A stretch of 64,000 nt of DNA, from NCBI GenBank assembly GCA_963844035.1, contig CAWJMT010000031.1, positions 92,637 to 156,636 on the forward strand, in the 5' to 3' direction. The translations under genes and the position numbers were made by a program. Positions 56,107 to 64,000 of the stretch are shown here, one piece after another. How positions within the stretch are numbered: position 1 is the first letter of the stretch; each line of letters starts with the position of its first letter. Below the pieces are notes generated by a model. It searched no databases. It saw only the letters and a list, made by a program, of their open reading frames with translations, and was not told the DNA's origin. The DNA is from an uncultured Gemmatimonadales bacterium. Its GTDB lineage: Bacteria > Gemmatimonadota > Gemmatimonadetes > Gemmatimonadales > GWC2-71-9.

Positions 56107-57072
56107 CTACTTCTTCGTTTCGACCATCGGCGGCCCGACATCCCGATGCACGGCGGGGACCGTCTTGAGATAGCGGTACATCGCCCGCAGGTCGTCGTCA
56201 CCCAAGCGCTGGAACGCCTGCCACGGCATGGGGGACTCGGGGATCACCCGCCCCATGCGAAACCGGGCAACGAACGCATCCTCGGTCAGCGCCCCAAGCC
56301 GGCCGGTCTCCGGATCGCTCGTGATATTGGGCGGCGACCACGAGTGCTCCGGGGTCGCGTCGAAGCCGGTCGCGCCGCCGAAGCGCGGACCCACCAGCGC
56401 ACCGGTGGCCATGTTCCGCTGCGTGTGGCAGGCCCAGCAGTTGGCGACGTGCTCCACCAGGTAGCGCCCGTTCTCGACCGTGGGCCCGCGCGGGGTCGCC
56501 TTGAGCGGCGTTTCGCTGGGGCCAACCGGCTTCGCCAGCACGGTCGCCTTGACGATCTTACCGAGCAGGGTGAAGCGATGCGCCGGGACGGGATTGTTCA
56601 CCGGGGCCTGGGTGCGCAGGTACGACACGACCGCCACGAGGTCCTCATCCGAGAGCCCCTGCACCTCCATGAACGGCAGCAGCGCGCGCCCATCGGGCCC
56701 CACCCCATAGCGGACCGCGCGCGCGATCGCTCCGTCGGAGACGCGTCCAAGCCCGGTGCCCGAGTCGGGCGTGATATTGCGGGCATAGATCGCCCCGGGG
56801 GGGATGTTCCAGACGAAGCCCCCGGAGAGCGGGACCTCCTGCCCCTCGCTCGCCTCGGCCACGCGCGCCGGGTCGCCGTGACAGCTCCCGCAGTTCGCCA
56901 GCTCCCGCACGACGTAGCGGCCGCGGGCGATGACTGCCGTATCGGTGGACGCCGCAATCGCGGGAGCGGGCGTGTCGTATCGGAGATTCTGGCGGGCCGC
57001 GACGAAGATCGCGAAGCCCACGAGAACAATGGCGATGCCTGCGACCATCCAGAGAACGATTTTCCTCAACAC
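56107..57072 (-). CDS. Membrane-anchored diheme cytochrome c
   Basis: CGSCH and CWACH, RG.Y, NITPD..TG.G, MPW. Confidence 0.92.
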   Translation of the reverse strand: MLRKIVLWMVAGIAIVLVGFAIFVAARQNLRYDTPAPAIAASTDTAVIARGRYVVRELANCGSCHGDPARVAEASEGQEVPLSGGFVWNIPPGAIYARNITPDSGTGLGRVSDGAIARAVRYGVGPDGRALLPFMEVQGLSDEDLVAVVSYLRTQAPVNNPVPAHRFTLLGKIVKATVLAKPVGPSETPLKATPRGPTVENGRYLVEHVANCWACHTQRNMATGALVGPRFGGATGFDATPEHSWSPPNITSDPETGRLGALTEDAFVARFRMGRVIPESPMPWQAFQRLGDDDLRAMYRYLKTVPAVHRDVGPPMVETKK

Positions 57073-57094
57073 GGTCTGGTCCTCGGCGAGAGAG

Positions 57095-57660
57095 CTACGT
57101 GGTCATGCGCGGCCGGGCAGCACGCAGAGCACCGTTGCGTTTCCGCAGCCGCTCAACGATCACCCGCGCCTCTGCCTCGTCCACTCCTCCACCAAAGCGA
57201 ATGGTGGCGGAGCTGTAGTCGAACGCAATCCACCCATTGCCCTTTCTGAACATTCCCAGCGGCGCGATAACGCCGACCACGTCAGGTAAGGGCTGCGCAA
57301 CCCGCAGTTTCCCGATGTCCGAGAACGCATACGTCCGGTCGCGTCCGATCCCGCGGATCTCGTGTCGCAGCGTGAGTCCATCGGGGCTCACCGCGACGAC
57401 GTCTCGTCCCCACACGGAGTCCAGGAGGGTGATGAGCGCTCCTGTTCCCCAGAAGAGCAAGACCGCCGTCACGCAAAGCGCGAACGCCAATCCGCGGGAG
57501 AGTGCACGTGGGCGAAGAGGTCGCGCGCAAACATGACGGCCAGGACGAGCCAGACGACCAGAATGGAGGCGAAGACCGGCTTGCGAGCCGAGGGAATGCT
57601 GACCCGAAGCTCGCCTGGAGTATCGTCGAACGTCGCGCGTGGCAAGGGGGGATTTGTCAC
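57095..57660 (-). CDS. Hypothetical membrane protein (frameshift near 57500)
   Basis: Two TMs then IAFDY...IRFG.GVDEAEA. Confidence 0.65.
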
Positions 57661-57721
57661 CCGGCAATTCTAGCTCGCGCAGGGAACTGACGGAACCGGT
57701 CGCGAGAGAATCTTCTCGGGG

Positions 57722-58678
57722 TCACGCACCGATTTCATAGCAGTCCAGCGCGCCGTGGTGCCCCACGAACAGGTGAGGCCCGTTGACCACCAGGCAGCTG
57801 ATGCCGGCCTCGAGCTGCTGCTCCCACAGCCGGTTGCCGTCGGGCAGAGTGGCCATATACAGCCAGTCGTTGTACGCGCAGACGAACCTGTCGGTCAGGA
57901 TCACACTCTTCCCGAACCCATAGTCCTGCGTCCACAGGAGGGCGCCGGTCTCCAGACTGTACGCATGCGCCTTCGGCTCACGCGCGAGGGCGATGCCGTG
58001 CTGCGGCAGGCAACGCACAAAGTGGTGTGCCCGGTCACTCTCAGCATCGATCAGCCAACGCACCTCGGCCGTCCGCACGTCGACACAGTACCGGTTGGAT
58101 GGGAAGAAGGCGCACCACCGATCCCCCAGGTGACAGTGGTCATAGGCGCCGATCGCGGACGGAGGGGCGGAAACATCGATCTCCGTCACGAGACCGTCCA
58201 ACCGCACGCGCCGCAGCCGTCCAATCGGGTCGGACAGGCAGATCGCCCCGGTTTCGACCTGCCACGCTCCCACCGGGTCGGGCCACGACCAGGCGTCCTC
58301 GAGGGTGGCGGGATGCAGTCCGACGAGCCGACCTGCTTGCTCCAACCAGACGGCAGGCGTGGCATCGTCCGCCACGATCAGCGACGGCGGCTCGCCAAAC
58401 GACCGCTCGGCCACGGTCCGCCCGTCCTCGCGCGCGAGCAGGCGGGCCGACTCCCCCAGGACAAAAATCCGCGGCGCGCGAAAATCGGCAGACACGCCCT
58501 CCCGGAATGCGAAGGAGCGGGACCAGAGCGCCTTGCCGGCGAAATCGATCGCCGCAACAACGTCCGCCGCGTTCGTTTTGTACGTGAAGAAGACGCGCCC
58601 GTCGGCAGCGTGCGTATCGACGTGCAGACCGAGCCCGTCGTTGGGAAGGTAGTACCGCCATTTCTTCCTGAGTTTCAT
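57722..58678 (-). CDS. PQQ-like beta-propeller repeat protein
   Basis: Repeats GKALW, TAEVRW, AYSLETGALLW, DGNRLW. Confidence 0.65.
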   Translation of the reverse strand: MKLRKKWRYYLPNDGLGLHVDTHAADGRVFFTYKTNAADVVAAIDFAGKALWSRSFAFREGVSADFRAPRIFVLGESARLLAREDGRTVAERSFGEPPSLIVADDATPAVWLEQAGRLVGLHPATLEDAWSWPDPVGAWQVETGAICLSDPIGRLRRVRLDGLVTEIDVSAPPSAIGAYDHCHLGDRWCAFFPSNRYCVDVRTAEVRWLIDAESDRAHHFVRCLPQHGIALAREPKAHAYSLETGALLWTQDYGFGKSVILTDRFVCAYNDWLYMATLPDGNRLWEQQLEAGISCLVVNGPHLFVGHHGALDCYEIGA

Positions 58679-58689
58679 CCCGCGATTGC

Positions 58690-59180
58690 TCAGCGTGAGG
58701 ACCTATGCGTCAAGGCTTTCGCACCCACGTTTCGGTACTGCGGTTCGCCGGCTGGGTACCGGGCGCCCGCGCTGAAGTCATTCTCGACGGTCAGTGTCTT
58801 GCCGTCCGCAGAGAGGGTGGCTTTCGACGTACGGGACGGCTGCCCGTTCCACGCCATCACCGTGACCGCGTGATGATCGTCGATACGCGTGATCGCCATG
58901 GTCACGCCGCTGAGTGTGCCGCCCAGGAGCATCGGAGCTTCACGGCCGTCGAGCTGCGATTCGACGGTCATCGCGCCTCCGAGCCGCCGCCGTACGTGAT
59001 GCGACGGCCGCTGCCACCGCAGCACGCCTCGACCGTCATCTCGATCACCCCCGGCGTCCCCCCACGGCCTGTCTCACCCACGTCCCGATTTCGATCTGCG
59101 CGTTGAGGGAGTGGCGCGCCGGCCAGTGCGCCGAGCAGCGCGACGACGCGGAGGACACGTGTTGCGGTAACCGTTGTCAT
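58690..59180 (-). CDS. Hypothetical secreted protein (frameshifts)
   Basis: Signal-like N-terminus; DGREAP, ITRIDDH, LSADGKTLTVE. Confidence 0.5.
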
Positions 59181-59734
59181 GCTGGCCTCGGGTGTTGGGG
59201 GAGCGCGACGACATACTCACTTTGCACCAGGCCGCTCTTGTACTGGCGCGTCGCGACGTGCGTCAAGGTAATATCGCGCGACAAGGCGCCGAACAGCGGG
59301 ATCCCCGAACCGATCAGCACCGGTACGCGCGTGACGATCAATCGGTCAATCAGCCCGGCTCGCAGAAACCGTTGAATCGTGATCCCGCCGTCCACGTAGA
59401 CATGCCCGATGCCGCGAGTCGCCAGCTGCGCGACGATGTCGGCGGGCTCTCCCGAAAGGCGCTCCACTCTGGCCCCTGGCGGAGTGGGGTTGAGCGGATG
59501 AGTGCTGAGCACGAAGACCGGCTTCTTCCCCGTAGGGCCAGGCCTTGAACGCCAGGACAGTCTCGAACGTCTTCCGGCCGATGACCAGGGCGTCCACCGT
59601 CGCCATGAATTCATCGTACCCATGGGGTTCGTCGCCGCCTGGGGAAAGGAAGTCGAGCGCACCATCGACTCGTGCGATGAAGCCATCGAGGCTTGTGCCG
59701 ACAAAGACCGATGCTCGCACCGGCTGGTGCACCC

Positions 59735-59738
<4 letters not shown>
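59177..59738 (-). CDS. Dihydrofolate reductase / RibD C-terminal family protein (frameshift)
   Basis: TSLDGFIAR, GRKTFE, VYVDGG, VPVLIGSGIPLF. Confidence 0.9.
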
Positions 59739-62368
<2,630 letters not shown>

Positions 62369-62457
62369 ATCGTCCTCAGGCAGTGGGGTGAACGCGAAGC
62401 TACCGCGTGGGGGGGCATCCGGCCAGGCACCCGGCTCTCGTCAGCCTCGCGCGTTTG

Positions 62458-62757
62458 TTAGACGATGCGGACGGCCGCGGTGATGGTCTTGCCGGTGGTG
62501 ATGCGCTCCTTCTGGCGCACCGCCGCCTTGATCGCAAAGAGATAGGACCGGGATTTACTGTCCGGAAAGATGGACGTCTTCCATTCCGTATCGCCGATGC
62601 GCACACTCACCGGCAAGGAGCCAAACCCTCGTGCGTCCTCGCCGAACAGCGCTTTGATCTCCCGCGACTGCTTGACCGAGAGGTTCACAAAGTGCCAGCC
62701 GCCCTTGCCGGGATAGAGCCACACCTTGGCGCGGACTCTGTACTCGGCCCTCGGCAC
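62458..62757 (-). CDS. DUF1905 family protein
   Basis: W.Y.G..GWHFV, GFGSLPV..IG..WKTSIFP, K..VR..E. Confidence 0.85.
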   Translation of the reverse strand: MPRAEYRVRAKVWLYPGKGGWHFVNLSVKQSREIKALFGEDARGFGSLPVSVRIGDTEWKTSIFPDSKSRSYLFAIKAAVRQKERITTGKTITAAVRIV

Positions 62758-62762
62758 CGGAG

Positions 62763-63414
62763 CTATCTCACCGGCGTCGGCGTGTACGTCCAGGTCCAGC
62801 CGTTGTCCGTGTCGACCAGGATTATCGATTTGCCGTCCGGTGAGATGGACATTGTCGAGCCGCCCGCGGAGGGCATCCCGAAGTAGATGGTCGGTGGCAC
62901 GAGCAACATGATGTCGGCCGTTTCGACCTTTGCCGCCGAGTCGTTCCACGCGTCCCCGCAGGTGGACTCCCCCACGTACGGGATGGAACCGGCGGGGTAG
63001 CTTCGCTTCGTCCCTACCTGCAAGACGGTGCTCTTCTGTTTCACCGAAAGGATCTCAATATGGTCGTAGGATCCATTGATCCGGGTCGGAGGACAGCCCT
63101 GCGACCGGGATCAGGGTGACCCTGGACGGAAAATTCGTGAAGGTCGGCCTGCCGACCAGCGCCGTCTCGTTCTGGTTCCAGTCGAAGCCGAGCTCCACGC
63201 GGTCGGTCACACGCGCCTTGCCGCTCGTCCCCTGGGCGCCATAGATGATCATCGTATCGCCCGCATACTCCCCGACGACGGCATAGTGGACCACGGCCAC
63301 TGCCGACCACTTGGCCATCAGGTCCATGTCAGGAAGCTGCTGAGCGCCGATCGCCGCGGGCAGACAGCCGAGACACATCGTCACCATGAGACGGAGCCAA
63401 CGCAGTTTGTGCAC
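62763..63414 (-). CDS. Hypothetical secreted protein (frameshifts)
   Basis: GGAGG RBS, signal peptide ending IGA-QQ; C-terminus WTWTYTPTPVR. Confidence 0.55.
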
Positions 63415-63442
63415 TAGACCCTCCGATCGAGTGATCTCCCAG

Positions 63443-64000
63443 TTATGCGGCGCGGGTTGAGGCACGGCGTTGTATCGCCACTCCGCGAACACCACGTTCG
63501 GCACCCAACACAGCCACGCAATGATCGGGTAGGCGATGGCGAACTCGATGCCGGCCACGACGGATATGGGGATATACAGGCGCAGCATCACGGCAGCAAA
63601 CGTCAAGGAGAAGTTGCGCACCATCCATCTTCCGGTGCTCTTGCGTCGCCTTGCGACGAATGGCCAGATACGCGCGCAGTCCGGTGTAGAGCCAGCAGGT
63701 GGCCAGCGTGGCAAAGCCCAGCCTTGCTACGACGCCGCCATAGGCGAACTGCGATATGTAGAGGCCGGACAGACCTCCGATCAGCACGCCCACGCCCAGG
63801 TACGCGCGCCCGATCCAGCGATGCACGCGCAATCGCGTGCGTCGCAAGCGATCGGAAAACTGAAATGGGCCGAGCAGCAAGGCGACTGCCGCGGCGAAGA
63901 CGTGGACGTAGACGCCGAAGCGGATGCGCCACGAAGTCCGGCTTCATGTCGGGATGCACGAGGGATCCCAACGGCATGGTCGCATACCCGATGGTCGCGT
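63443..64000 (-). CDS. DUF2306 membrane protein, 5' truncated, frameshifts
   Basis: LGPFQF, HRWIGRAY, WMVRNFSLTFAAVMLR, AWLCWVPN. Confidence 0.88.

Overview
High-GC bacterial chromosomal segment. The gene content suggests Gemmatimonadota (inference): three Hanks-type Ser/Thr kinases, TonB-dependent receptors, an ECF sigma/FecR module, a STAND-BTAD regulator and a lipA-pdhABC-lpdA-lipB operon. Many genes, including housekeeping ones, are broken by single-base indels. These are most likely long-read assembly errors, so CDS limits are reconstructed across frames and are approximate. No rRNA, tRNA, CRISPR array, integrase or transposase was recognised. The most notable observations are: (1) a stand-alone ~230-nt minus-strand transcription unit (promoter, a perfect 14-nt complement of the 16S rRNA 3' end, a 20-codon ORF, two hairpins) at ~6065-6322; (2) an apparent tandem double-LysR protein; (3) a STAND NTPase with C-terminal wHTH-BTAD, followed by phased GTAAGC repeats ahead of a lipoprotein gene; (4) an ECF sigma/FecR/TonB-receptor/kinase locus with a shared promoter-like motif on both flanks; (5) dispersed 7-8-nt tandem repeats that form hairpins and invade coding sequences; (6) many apparently leaderless genes.
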